A stretch of DNA of 64,000 nucleotides, from assembly GCA_951406725.2 (NCBI GenBank), contig OX597828.1, positions 35,526,001 to 35,590,000 of the forward strand, in the 5' to 3' direction. The position numbers were made by a program, and so were the translations under genes. Positions within the stretch are counted from its first letter, which is position 1; every line of letters begins with the position of its first letter. The notes beneath the pieces are model-generated. The model ran no database searches, was not told the DNA's origin, and saw nothing but the letters and a program-made list of their open reading frames with translations. This document shows positions 44,146 through 58,219 of this stretch, in pieces. The stretch comes from Octopus vulgaris (taxonomy: Eukaryota).

Positions 44146-45299
44146 TATTGTCATTGTTTCTTTAGTTCTTATAGTTTTTCAGTTTGTACTTTTTTTTACA
44201 ATTTTTTTTTGTTTTTGGTTGGGGAGGGGGAGTTATTTGTTTTGTTTTTACCAATAAAATATATCAATGAACAACTCTATGTATTGTTTCCCATACAAAC
44301 ACACACACACACACACACACATGCACACAGTTATATATATGCACAGACACACATTCCTAAACACATGCACATATATTATACGGGAAATGTGTGCAAGACA
44401 GTATTCTGTGTGTGTGTGTGTGCATGTGTGTATGCGTGTGTGTGTGTCTGTGTATGTATGTGTCTGTCTGTTAGTCACTCTTTTATTTGTCCTTATTTCT
44501 CTTCTTCCTCAAATTCCTTTGTCTTCTAAAATATATATTTTAAACATGTCAAACACTTGTATTTTATTTCCTTTCGACACCATTATGGCCTTCATCATTG
44601 TCAGCGCCATCATCATCATCACCAGCTTCATCATCATCGTCATCATCACCATAATCATCATCAGCGTCATCATTATCAGCATTATCATTATAATAATAAT
44701 AATAAGGATAATAATAATAATAATCATAATCATCAACATCTTCATCGTCATCATCATCATCATCATTTTCATCATTAATATTACCGCCTTCACTACCCTC
44801 GCCATCTTCTTCCTCTCCTCCCCGTCATCATCATCAGCAGCATCACTATCACAATTATCATATTAAAATGTCCCGAACATCATCATCATCATCATCATCA
44901 CAATCATGAACATCAGCATCCTATCACTACAATAGCCATCATCATCATCATCATCATTATCACCAACATTACTATTATTATCACCACCACTACCACCACC
45001 ACCACCACCACCACCACTACCATCACTGCCACCAGTGCCACCACAACCCCCACTATCATCAACATCACCGTCGTCAACCACCACCATCACCACCACCACC
45101 ACAAACAGCTATCATCAGCGAAAATACCATCAGCAGCAGCAGCAGCAGCACCGACATCACCATCATCATCAACAACATCGCACAACCTCTGCCTTGACCA
45201 CCATAGCCACCATCATCATCGATAGCAGCATCATCATCACAACCATGTTCATTACCGCTACTAACAACAACAACAACAATTACAATAACACCACCAGCA

Positions 45300-46580
45300 C
45301 CCATCACCTTCATCGTACCACCACCACCCTCACCTCTACAATGGCCATCACCACCACCACCACCACCACCATCATCACCACCAATGCTATCATCATGATC
45401 ATCACCATCACCGTCATCGTCATCGTACCACCACCACCACCACCTTCATCTCAACAATGGCCATCACGAGCAACATCAGTCACATCACCACCACCACCAC
45501 CACCACCATCACTACTACCAATGCTATCATCATGATCATCACCATCATCATCATCATCATTACCATCACCATCATCGTCATCGTACCACCACCACCACCA
45601 CCTTCGCCTCTACAAATGGCCATCACCAGCAACATCAGTAACATCACCACCACCACCACCACCACCACCACCACCACCACCATCACCACCACTACCAATG
45701 CTATCATCATGATCATTACCATCATCATCATCATCATTACCATCACCATCATCGTCATCGTACCACCACCACCACCACCACCTTCGCCTCTACAAATGGC
45801 CATCACCAGCAACATCAGTAACATCACCACCACCACCACCACCACCACCACCACCACCACCACCATCACCACCACTACCAATGCTATCATCATGATCATC
45901 ACCATCATCATCATCATCATTACCATCACCATCATCGTCATCGTACCACCACCACCACCACCACCTCTACAATGGCCATCACCAGCAACATCACTACCAC
46001 CACCACCACCACCACCACCATCACCACTACCAATGCTATCATCATGATCATCACCATCATCATCACCATCATCATTACCATTACCATCATCGTCATCGTA
46101 CCACCACCACCACCACCTTCACCTCTACAAATGGCCATCACGAGCGACATCAGTCACATCACCACCACCACCACCACCATCACCACCACCAATGCTATCA
46201 TCATGATCATCACCATCATCATCACCATCATTACCATCACCATCATCGTCATCGTACCACCACCACCACCACCTTCACCTCTACAATGGCCATCACGAGC
46301 AACATCAGTCACATCACCACCACCACCACCACCAATGTTATCATCATGATCATCACCATCATCATCATCATGATCATCACCATCATCATCATCATCATTA
46401 CCATCACCATCATCGTCATCGTACCACCACCACCACCACCACCTTCGCCTCTACAAATGGCCATCACCAGCAACATCAGTCACATCACCACCACCACCAC
46501 CACCACCACCATCACCATCACCAATGCTATCATGATCATCACCACCATCACCATCATCATCATCATCATCATCATCATCC
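45300..46580. repeat. Higher-order minisatellite (~8 units of ~110-180 bp) built from ACC/ATC triplets
   Basis: The anchors ATCGTCATCGTACCACC, CCTCTACA(A)ATGGCCATCAC, CAACATCAG and AATGCTATCATCATGATC recur periodically. Confidence 0.9.
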
Positions 46581-47003
46581 TCATCAGATATCGAGGTTTT
46601 GTTGTAGTATTTCTTTCAATCTTCGTTATCTCAGATGCTAATCTCAAAGTGGCTGCAGTTCTTATTGTCTTAGAAACGTTTCCTCTTCAGTTCTCTTGTT
46701 TTCGCTCTCAACACTCAACTATCAGCTGCCATCAATAATTTTCACCAACGAACATGTATGTGTGCACGTGTGTGTGTGTACGTGTGTAGATGTATGTGTG
46801 TGTGGCTGTGCATGTATGGTGTGTGTATGTATCTATGAATGCATTTATGCTCTTGTACATGGATGTGTGTGGATATATGTGGCACATGTGTGCACGCATG
46901 TGTATGCTTATTTATTATATACATACATTCATATGTGCGTGTGTGTGTGTGTGTATTCAGGGAGAGAGAGTGAGTGATAAAGAGGCTGGTAGTTAGATAT
47001 GTA

Positions 47004-47046
<43 letters not shown>

Positions 47047-47165
47047 ACATATATATGTGTGTGTGTATGTATGTATGCATGTATACATGTGTGTGTATGT
47101 ATATATATATATACACATATATGTGTGTATGTCTGTGTGTATGTATGTATGTATGTATGTATACA

Positions 47166-47212
<47 letters not shown>

Positions 47213-47705
47213 GTGTGTGTATGTATTAATTTATGTATGTATGCATGTATGTACACATGTGTGTGTGTATGCATTTATCAGTATACATATTTATTAAAAT
47301 TGCTATTACATTCACATGGTTATCAAAACAAAACTTGTAACACCACCACCACCACCACCACCTCTTCCTCTCCTCTATTCTCCTGATTTTTATCCATTAT
47401 TTTATTTACAATACAATCTAAAATGTCTATTGGATTAAAAATCTTGCTCTGTTCTAAATTCTTCATTATTATTAGATTGCCATCTTTACTTTCATCAGCC
47501 ATTCTATTTATTTTGGCTTTCTATGGAGATTTTTTTCTCTCCAAGAATTCAATTGTATTCCTTATTCTGGAAATTTAGTTGCAACACATGAGTTGTGAGA
47601 TTAAGGTGTAGAATGCGAGATTCAGAAACCACAAGATAATGGGTTCAAATGACTCTACCGTCCATATGTTATTCTTCTTAGCACTGATCTTCCTTTACTA
47701 GCTGG

Positions 47706-47764
47706 CCCCAAGATTCCGAGTAGGCTACTAACCCCAAGATTCCAAGTTCAATTCCAGGCAGTGA

Positions 47765-47818
<54 letters not shown>

Positions 47819-47975
47819 CAACAACATCAAAAAATACCATAGGAATGAGAACCCAGATTCGAAATTTTTTCCAAGACACCTGATGGAGGCTGGAGGGTAT
47901 ATCAGCCGAAACGTTGTGTTAACAACAAACAAGATGAGGACAAATATCTGTCACATGTAAATAATGTAAATGATG
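47706..47975 (+). mobile_element. PLE-associated tRNA-head/(AAT)n/hammerhead repeat (same family as 12630-12900)
   Basis: B box GTTCAATTCC (47746-47755); hammerhead GACAC-CTGATGGA-GGCTG...CAGCC-GAAACGTT-GTGTT (47875-47920); tail GATGAGGACAAATATC...ATGTAAATAATG. Confidence 0.8.
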
Positions 47976-48708
47976 TAAAAAGTGGAGTAAATTACTCCAA
48001 GTGGAGTAAAAGTTAAATTCTTGGGGGTAATGATGACTCATTGGGCATAATTAAAATTATATGAAATACGTGTTCCTTGTTGTGACAGAAATGTTTCTTC
48101 TGGCAACACTTCATCTGTCCAATGTAATGGACAGGTTCAGGAGACATCATGGCATTTTGACCTGCAAACAATTTCGTTGCTAAGGCGTTGTCAAATTGCT
48201 AAACAGGTATTATTTGTCAGTTGTCTATTACTCACTTTAACCTTGTTTTTTAACACACATGTTTTTGCTTTAAGTAGATATAAATAGTTATTCAATTCAG
48301 CCCTTTAATTGGACCCTGAAGATTATATCCAAAATGTTCTGGCATCAAAATACCCCAATTTTGATGTAATTGTAATAAAAATGAAACATCATTTTCTCCA
48401 ACACCTGAAGTGAAAAAGTTTCTAGAAAAATCCTTTTATTTCATAATGACGATATTAATTTATTTTATCGCATTTGTTTTATACTTTATACATCTATAAT
48501 CATATTTTCTGAATAAACAGATTCAATAAACCTTTTGAATTCAACAAATCTATGATTTTCTTCTTTTGAAATCAAGGAGGTAGCATTGGCATAAATAAAT
48601 ATATTTTGGGATAAATGATTAAAAAAGTTTCCCCCTGACCCCTGCCCTAACCATTAACCTTTTAGCATTCAGATTATTCTGTCAAATGTGATGCTTATTT
48701 ATCCACAT

Positions 48709-49350
48709 TGGCACAGGCATAGTTGTATGGTAAGAAGCTTGCTTGCCAATCACATGGTTCCAGGTTCAATCCCACTGCATAGCACCTTCGGTAATTGTCT
48801 TCTACAATAGCCTCAGGCCGACGAAAGCCTCATGAGGAGACTTGATAAAAGGAAACTGAAAGAAGCTCATCATATATATACACATATATATATATATGAA
48901 TATATGTTTATGCCTGACTGGCCATCATGCCGGTAGCACGTAAAAGTACCCACTACACTCTCCAAGTGGTTGGCGTTAGGAAGGGCATCCAGCTGTAGAA
49001 ACTCTGCCAGCAAGATTGGAGCCTGGTGCAGCCATCTGGTTCGCCAGTTCTTAGTCAAATTGTCCAACTCATGCAAGCATGGAAAGCAGACGTTAAACGA
49101 TGATGATGATGATGATGATATGTGTGTATCTATGTGTGTATGTCTTTGTGTCTGTGTTTGTCCCCTGCCATCACCATCTGACAACTGGTGTTGTGGGTTT
49201 ACATTTCCGTAACTTAGTAGTTCAACAAAAGTGACTGATAGAATAAGTACTGGGCTTTAAAAAATAAGTCCTGGGGTCAATTTGTTTGATTAAAAACCCT
49301 TCAAAGTGGTGCTCCCGCATGGCCACATTCAAATGAAACAAGTGAAAAAG
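48709..49350 (+). mobile_element. CORE-like SINE interrupted in its central microsatellite by an RTE tail (~48910-49118)
   Basis: SINE 5' half, (TA)n, RTE tail with (GAT)n, then SINE 3' half. Confidence 0.8.
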
Positions 49351-51268
49351 AAGCAAAAACAAAGAATAATTGCTTGAAGTAAATCCTGCACTCTTTCATA
49401 GCTTCAAGCTTTTGATGATGTGACTGCTTGCTTTTAGAATGACATTGCAGGGTAGGTGTGAGATACCCGATCTGACTGGTTTGAATGTAAAACAGGTAGA
49501 ATATTGGAGCCAGATATAAGGTGGCAAACTGGTAGAAATATTACTACACCAGGCAAAATGCCTAGCAGTATTTCATCTTTCTTTAAATTCTGAGTTCAAA
49601 TTCCACCGAGATAAAATTAGTACCAGTCATGTACTGGGTTTGATCAAATTGACTAGCCCCCTCCCCAAAAATTTTGGGCTTAGTTCCTAGAATAGAAAAG
49701 AATATCTGGACCAGTTATGGCCAGTTTAAACACTAAAGGTTTAAGCCACATACACAACATATATATAAGATACATGAAAAACCAAAAATTACACTACAAA
49801 ATGTGATAGTCAATAAAATAGAAACAACATTTTAAACTTTTATTCTTTTTGTATGGCCCAGCACCAAATAATCCATGACCTGGTAGTGGTTTCTGGCCCA
49901 GTGGTTGGGGGTCTCCTGATCAAGAATGATTGATGAGAAAGTCAAAGGAGAGCAAGGTTCAGAAGATGCTATGCTCTTCTGTTATCTCACTGGGAGGGGA
50001 GAGTTCTTTAATGATGGAACCATGAATTCTTTAATGATGGAACCATGAGAAGAAATGTCTCCTGTACACATTGTGAAGTGGATGGTAAACAAAAAGAGAA
50101 AGCATCAGGTTGTGTGGTCCTTTTCGTTCTGTCTCATCAAAGAACTTGTCAACCACTCTAGTGTTGCTGGTACCATGAGAGAATGGTACCCAGTTGTACT
50201 TCTGTAAAGTTGATGATTGGAAAAAAGGAGCATCTACATCCAGTTGTAGAAACCGAGTCAAAAATGACAAATATGAACATACCAGAGGGTGTTGGGTGAG
50301 CAGTGACTACCAACAGCAAGTGACTCGCAGACTAAAATGACTGTGACAACCTGTCCTACCCATTACTGGTATTGAAGAGGAGGGGATGAAGATTGGAGGA
50401 AGAGGAGGGTGGTTAGGTGGTGATGGTGGTGATAGTGGCAGTGGTGGCAATTGTGGTAACGGTGGTGCTGGTGGTGGTGGTAGTAGTAGTGTTGTTGTTG
50501 TGTTCATGTTGGTGGTGGTGGTGGTGGTTGTGTTGGTGATGGTGGTGGTGATAATGATGCTGATAATTATGATGGTGGTGATAGCGATGATGGCAGTGGC
50601 AATGGTGATGTCATTGTTGTTGTTGTGGTTGTTGTTTTTGTTGTTGGTGTTGTTGGTGGTGGTGGTGGTGGTGGTGGTAACGATGATGTTAATGACTGAT
50701 AATGACGTTGCGTGCACGACAATGTATAACAAAGATGAAAAGACATGACATGAGTAAACTGAACTTGCAGAGAGAGCAACAATAACAAATGACAAATGGA
50801 AATTTAAAGCCAAAGACAGACAGAGAGACAGACAGAGAGACAGAGAGACAGAGAGACAGAGGAAGTGGGATGTCTTACAATCAGAGTTTTACACAGAAAG
50901 ATGAGGATGTCCCTCTTTCCTTGAGTTTCTTTGATCTTAAATCTGAATATTTCGTTATTACTCTTCTGTTCTGTTCAGTTTATCAATCCTAAGCTTTTTC
51001 TTTTTATCCTTTTTTTGTTTTGTCCTTTTTTGTATTTTGATACAATTTATCATCATTATTGATATAACAAATGTTTCTTCTTTCCACAACCTTTACTTTT
51101 ACATAAGCTGGCATGGTTGTATGGGTAAGAAGTTTGCTTCCCAAGCACATGGTTCTGGGTTCAGTCCTGCTGCATGGCACCTTGGGCATGTGTCTTCTAT
51201 TATAACCTCAGGCCGAGCAAAGCCTTGTGAGTGGATTTAGTAGACAGAAACTGAAAAGAAGCTCATCA

Positions 51269-51393
<125 letters not shown>

Positions 51394-51422
51394 CCATATG
51401 TATGTGTGTGTGCATATACTGT

Positions 51423-51575
51423 ATTTTAATGTGTATAAGGAACCCCCTAATTTGGGGGGTTTAAAATTTAGAAAAAGGTTTTGTAAGGGATTATAATATA
51501 ATCCATGTATAAGAAACTCCCATATTTTTTTAACTTAATTTTTGTCAAAAACGGGTTCCTTATACATGTTAAAAT
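51423..51575. mobile_element. MITE-like element with ~23-bp terminal inverted repeats
   Basis: ATTTTAATGTGTATAAGGAACCC ... GGGTTCCTTATACATGTTAAAAT (2 mismatches). Confidence 0.55.
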
Positions 51576-51600
51576 ATGTATATAGCTACGTGTGTGTGTG

Positions 51601-52023
51601 TGCGTAGGAGTGGCTGTGTGGTATTGGCATAGGAGTGGATGTGTGGTAAGTAGCTTACTATGAACCACATGGTTCCAGGTTCAGTCCCACTGTGTGGCAC
51701 CTTGGGCAAGTGTCTTCTATAGCCTCAGGCCGACCAAAGCCTTGTGAGTGTATTTGGTATACGGAAACTGAAGGAAGCCTGTCATATATATGTATATAAA
51801 TGTATGTGTATGTATATATTCGTGTGTCTGTGTTTGTCCTCCCAACATTGCTTGACAACCGATGGTGGTGTGTGTTTACATCCCCGTAACTTAGTGGTTC
51901 AGCAAAAGAGACCAATAGAATAAGTACTAGGCTTACAAAGAATAAGTCCCAGGGTCGATTTGCTCAACCAAAGGCAGTGCTCCAGCACGGCCACAGTCAA
52001 ATGACTGAAACGAGTAAAAGAGA

Positions 52024-52026
<3 letters not shown>
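51601..52026 (+). mobile_element. CORE-like tRNA SINE with duplicated 5' head
   Basis: TAGGAGTGG[C/A]TGTGTGGTA occurs twice at the start; core and tail intact. Confidence 0.85.
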
Positions 52027-52111
<85 letters not shown>

Positions 52112-52169
52112 TGGTTGCCTACTCCTTATACAGAGTTTCACCACCTCCTGCGCCTACACCTTAGCACCA

Positions 52170-52364
52170 TCATGGCTTCTGATGTGGCTTTTTAAACCCA
52201 GACAATGTTCTGAAAAGACACCCACATAGATTGCACCTCTGATTTGGACCACCAATACCTACAGATAAATTCTGCTCTTTGTGGATCTTAACATGTCTTT
52301 TGAGGCCTCCGTTGGATTTGCAAACCTTCTGGCATACACTGCATTCAAAAGTGTGCACAGACAT
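52170..52364 (-). pseudogene. Degenerate tandem C2H2 zinc-finger fragment (retroelement C-terminus or ZNF pseudogene)
   Basis: FECSVCQKVCKSNGGLKRHVKIH is a complete C2H2 finger; CNLCGCLFRTLSGF follows as a broken second finger. No TGEKP linker and no clear splice context. Confidence 0.6.
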
Positions 52365-52914
52365 ATAGGCAGAATAGTTGGTGGATGCTCGTTTTCCATG
52401 GGTTCACAGATGAGATTTCAGGCCAGTAAAAGACAGGCATGGACTATCACAGACTATGCACACAAAAAAGTGATTGTCATTCACCTTCTCAATCGTTACA
52501 TTCTTCCTTAGATCTCTTTTGAGTCTGACTCACATTATCCTGGCCTCTTCTAATACTTTTACTCCACTCCACACCTTTATAGCCATATGTATGTGTGTGT
52601 ACGTTCGTGTGTATAATTTGTCATTAAGACAGTAGGTGAGGCTGCAATTTGAGAGAGATTTGGCTGTTATTTCTTAAAGACTGAATGTCCATGCAGAATC
52701 TTTTTCATTATATTGCAGTGTGAGTGAGTGGCCTCCATTAGCCTGTCTTGACCACACCTCTACCCATATGTGTTCAGACCCAGGCAAGATATTTTGAGGA
52801 AGGCTAGCAGTTGTCTGTGCGAGTTTTTCTCTTCATTCCATTAGTGTCTCACAAAGAAGATGACATTACTGTACTCATGAAGACCTGCCCACCACAGCAG
52901 AATTGAGATCCTAA

Positions 52915-53137
52915 GACCAGGGGTGCCACATAAAAAAGCATTGGGTGGATCCTGGTGCCACATAAAAAAAAAAGCAACCAGTACACTCTGTGGAGTGGTC
53001 AGTGTTGGGAAGGGCATCCAGCTGTTGAAACCAAGCCGAAACAGGGTATGGAACCTGGTGCAGCCCCCACAAGCCTTGCCAGTTCATGCCAAGCTGTCCA
53101 ACTTAAGCCAGTATGGGAAGCAGACGTTAGATATCGG

Positions 53138-53160
<23 letters not shown>
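52915..53160 (+). mobile_element. Degenerate RTE 3' tail
   Basis: GTGCCACATAAAAAA modules, GGAAGGGCATCCAGCTG and a (GAT)n end. Confidence 0.7.
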
Positions 53161-53171
<11 letters not shown>

Positions 53172-53329
53172 GGTGGTGGTGGTGGTGGTGATGGTGATGA
53201 TGATGATGGCATATATATGTACAATACTAAATCTAGATGAAAAAATATGACATACTACATAATTTTGATAGGCAGTATTGTTACAAATAATGAATAATAA
53301 TGTCCATGGAAAAATGAAATAGCAAATCC

Positions 53330-53361
<32 letters not shown>

Positions 53362-53661
53362 CAACCTTATCCATGTGAAGCAGCATATCATGTAATGGTG
53401 ATTAGATTTTTGAGAAACCGGTGTGAGGAAAATTACAGCTGTCTTTGGTGGCAATGGAGGTAAACATGTTCAAGCAGCTGGTACCGGTGCCATAATCAGC
53501 TCTGAGACTGATAGAATTCCAAGTGAGTGGCAGGATAGAGACATACCTGAAATGAATAGCAGAGTTTTCTCATTAGAAATATATTTGGTTACGACTTGGA
53601 TATCTTCTTTAAAAATCTGAGTAAATTACATCGCATGAATAATAAATGGTTTTCAATAAGC

Positions 53662-53697
<36 letters not shown>

Positions 53698-53990
53698 TTC
53701 TTTTTGTTTTGTTTTGTTTTGTCAATTGTTTTTGTGGGCTTTTTTTTTTTGTTTGCTTGTTGTTCAACCAATTAGAGAGGCAGATATTTAAGATAATGTT
53801 CAAGAGAACAAAAAGCAACAAAAACAAAACAAGCAGTTGCTATCATCATCATCATCATCATCATCATAATCTTCATCATCGTTATCATCGTGATCATCGA
53901 CATCGTCTTTATCATTATAGATGAAATCAACGTCCTTATTGTCATCATCTTTATCATCATCATCAGCATCAGTGTCATCACTACCACCAC

Positions 53991-54023
<33 letters not shown>

Positions 54024-54024
54024 T

Positions 54025-54083
<59 letters not shown>

Positions 54084-54454
54084 AATCATAATCTTCATCA
54101 TCGTTACTTATATCCTCAATATTAGAGTTATCATCATCATCATCATCATCATCATTTTCATCATTATCACCATAATCATCTTCATCACTGCTGTCATCAA
54201 AATCTTATGACCATCATTGACATAATCATTGACATCATTATCATCATCATCATCATCATCATCATCATCTTCATAACTGCCATTCTCATCATCGTCATCG
54301 TTACTTACATCCTCAGTATTAGAGTTATTATCGTCATCATCATCATCATCTTTGTTGCCATAATCATCTTTTCACCATCACTATTATCATCACCATCATC
54401 GTCAACGTCATAATCACCATCATCACCATTATCATCACCATCCTCTTCCTCCTT

Positions 54455-54495
<41 letters not shown>

Positions 54496-56060
54496 TCCTG
54501 GCATCATTATTTGGAGTGAAAGGAACTTCAATCGACTAAAATATGATGGATGACCAAACTGTTCTTATTTACCCCTCTGTTAGTAATGGTTCATCCCGTA
54601 ATCTTAATTTGGTCTTTGAGTGGGGAGGGGAAAACCATCCATTGAAGACTCAGATCCTAATGTAAAGAATTCAGCAGAATTACTGATTTCCTGCTTTAGT
54701 TTTCAGGCTGTCAGATCAAGCTTATCAAACACCCATTAATTTTACTATGCTGCCACTGCTTACAGCAGACAAGTGTCTAGTGAGTACTTGCCTATTTGCA
54801 TGATAATAACATGACAAGGACACTGGGACAACAGCAACATAGCAATAATGATCGGGCAATTAAGGATTCTAGATGAGGATATGTAGTTGGTTCTTAGTTA
54901 AACTTGCCTATTTATATCGGAGTTAGAACCTCAACAATAATAGTGTCACAAAGGTGATTTTTTTCTCTTAGATTCGCTATGTGGTTGTGTTAGGTCATTG
55001 GCTGTGTGTAAATCCTGGACAGCACCTTTTGAACAATTAACACAAGTTCTAATCACTGCACAGTGTATTTTTCATGTTAATCTTTGAATGATGTTTTAGA
55101 TTTTTTGCAAACAACTTATAGACGCAAGCGCTACCAGCTGAAAGCTCTGCACACCGGATGCTATCAAGTTTATGGAGACACCAGGAAAGAATGTGTGCTG
55201 TTTTGGGCATGCATATATAAGTTATACACATAGGAATATAAAATACACATGGGAATGGATAAACTCTGCAGTTATGACAAAATATCTGGTTAGTATAACT
55301 CCATGACTACACCGTCCCAATTGGAGAAATATCATATTAAATTCAAGACATCAAATTTGTGGTTGCCAACTTCTTGGTTGAAGACGTAGTTTTTGAAACA
55401 ACTATTGGCACATCATTTCTGCTCCTACAGAAAAAATGAAAATGAGAATGTTGTTTTCCATAGTGGTAGCTTTACTATAATTTTTATTATTGTGTGAGAG
55501 AGCAATGCATGCCATCAAAGTAACACTGGGATACAAATATATGAAGCCCAATATACCCATCATGACAACCTGTCTGGTAAGGGTACACCAGGTACATGCA
55601 TCACAACCATATGTGCATGACATGGTGATCTCATATCAAGATAAACAGTGCATGAATTTTCAGGTGGGGCCCAGTTAGACTTTTCTTCAGGTCGAGTAGC
55701 ACATCCCACTCAAAAGGTCCCTGAATAAGGTTTGTTTTAAGGATAATGAACAAAATACTCATGTTTCCAGAGGTGAATTATTCAAACCCCAAAGAATTTC
55801 TCTCAACACATGGCTATGATGCTCCCCCACTACTTCTGCTCGTGATCAAGGATACACATATTGTCAGCCACTAAGGGACATGCTCAGCTGGTTATGGTTA
55901 AACAACTGACAAGCAAATCTGTGGTATTGAGCAGAATATTTGCTGTAGCCCATCTTTTACACCAAGACAAAACAATGTACATGATAACACTTTCAATCAG
56001 TTAAGATCAGAAGCCACAAGAGCCACTTCCTGGTACTGCATTTTATTATTAGGGCATTTT

Positions 56061-56116
<56 letters not shown>

Positions 56117-56154
56117 AATAATGATAATAATAATTATAATAATAATAATACCCT

Positions 56155-57183
56155 GAAGTGTTGTGGCACGATATTCGTGGCAGCATCAAATTATCTGCTG
56201 AAGTAGCTCTAGGATTGATGAAACACAAGCACCAAGATTGGTTCAACAAGAATGGTTCCAACGGTTCCCGAATCAAACCCCTCTTAGAAACTTTGCACAA
56301 GCGACACAAGGCATGGACCTCAGACAAAAACTCACCAGCACTCAGATCGCTAAACATCTCTTCTAGAAAAAACTACAAAGAAAAAAAACGGCATGAGATG
56401 ATAAATTCTTGGTGAGCAAAAAATACCAAAGAATTGGAACAGGCTGCTGATTCTCACAATTTGAGAGCATTGAATGACAATATAAAAAGTGTATTTGGTC
56501 CAAAAAGGGGTGGAACAGAACCTATTCTTACTAACAATGGATCAAAACTCTTAAGCAGCAAAGAGGAAATTCTGAAAAGATGGGCTGAACACTTTAAATC
56601 TGTATTAAATCAGGAGTTCACTACCGATTCTGAAGTAATCAATGAAATTCTTCAGTGGCCTGTAACTGAAGAACAATTGGAAGATCCTTCCTTGGAAGAG
56701 ATAAGTACTGCCATCAAAAGAACCTTCCAATAGTTAGACTCCTGGACAAGACAGTATTCCCATAGAGGTGTACAAACATGGTGGCAGACAACTTGTAAGT
56801 AAGCTATGCAATTTGATCTGTTTGTTGTAGAAAATTGGATCTGTTCCTCAACACTTCAAAGATGCATCTATAATGCATTTGTACAAAAACAAGGGGAAGA
56901 AGAGTATATGTGATAATCCACAAGGGTACAAGCTTGTTGTGCATAGCTGGAAAGGTGATCTTGCAAGGGTGATCCTTAACTGCATCATGTAATAAACAGC
57001 ATATATCTTCAATCCCAATGTGGATTTCAGGCTGGGAGAGACACAATTGACATGATATTTACCTTCCAACAAATTCAGGAAAAAACACGTGAACAAAATA
57101 ATGACCTGTACATAGTCCTTGTCGATTCGACCAAGGTCTTTGATACTGAGAATCATGAGGTGCTCTGCAAAATTTTGTCAGAA
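56155..57183 (+). mobile_element. Decayed RTE/BovB-like LINE ORF fragment (linker plus RT N-terminal motifs)
   Basis: KHQDWFNKN..., EILKRWAEHFKSVLN, MIFTFQQIQEKTREQNNDLYIVLVDSTKVFDT; frameshifts and stops; bounded by (AAT)n and (ATT)n. Confidence 0.9.
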
Positions 57184-57239
57184 TTATTATTATTATTAAA
57201 TATTATTATTATTATTATTATTATAACTATTAATTTTAC

Positions 57240-57270
<31 letters not shown>

Positions 57271-57305
57271 ATTATTATTATTATTATTATTAATTTTACT
57301 ATTAA

Positions 57306-57350
<45 letters not shown>

Positions 57351-57405
57351 TAATTTTACTATTATTATTATTATCATTATTATTATTATTATTATTACTA
57401 CTATG

Positions 57406-57461
<56 letters not shown>

Positions 57462-58151
57462 ATCAGCTGCAGTGAGAACATTAAGGGCACGTTGCTTGAT
57501 CAACTCCACCACCATCACTATTTTCACTGGCATCCAAAATGTTAATTTAACCTTGGAAGTTATTTGAAATCAGTGCCTGAAAAAGTACTAAGTAGACGCT
57601 AACACCACAAGGCATTTAATCCCCTGCACTCTAATACAAAACATGCATTACCCCTTTAGTTCTGCTTTGTGCCTTTGTGCTTCCATATGACAACATAGAG
57701 GAATCTTTTGCTTAGGATTATAAACTAACGCTATAGTATTATATTATGGTTGGAACCACTAAAAGACCAAAAGAGTAGCAGAAACATGCAACAGACTATT
57801 TTTGTTTTTTGTGGATTAGTATAAGTTCCGTATTAATATTTGTTTCAAGTCTCACCTTAAATATTCCTACATGTCTACTGTTGAGACGATTTTCTTGGAT
57901 AGTTCCTGATTCTTCTATAAAGACACCACTACATCTAAGTGAGCAGATTATCCTAAATCTGTCTATTCCAACATGTTCAGGTGATTATTAAGGCTGCTCT
58001 AAGAATTATATTCTTAATAGTAATTCTATTTATGTTCAAATATTTGATGCTGTGTGTGTGTGTGTGCAAATTTGTGTAGGTGTGCAAGTGTGTATTTTTG
58101 TGTATGTGTGAGTGCATGGGAAAGGAGGGATGGGAAAGGAGGGGGTCTTTC

Positions 58152-58167
58152 ATTTACGTTCACACTG

Positions 58168-58205
<38 letters not shown>

Positions 58206-58219
58206 CAGTGTGAACGTAA

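Noticed and set aside
50004-50048. ~22-bp tandem duplication TTCTTTAATGATGGAACCATGA; other short tandems at 15179-15330 and 25235-25305
   Set aside because: Ordinary local slippage duplications with no associated structure.
54972-55090. Possible extra exon after TTTTCTCTTAG
   Set aside because: No Ig motif, and the phase-1 frame reaches a stop without a convincing donor.
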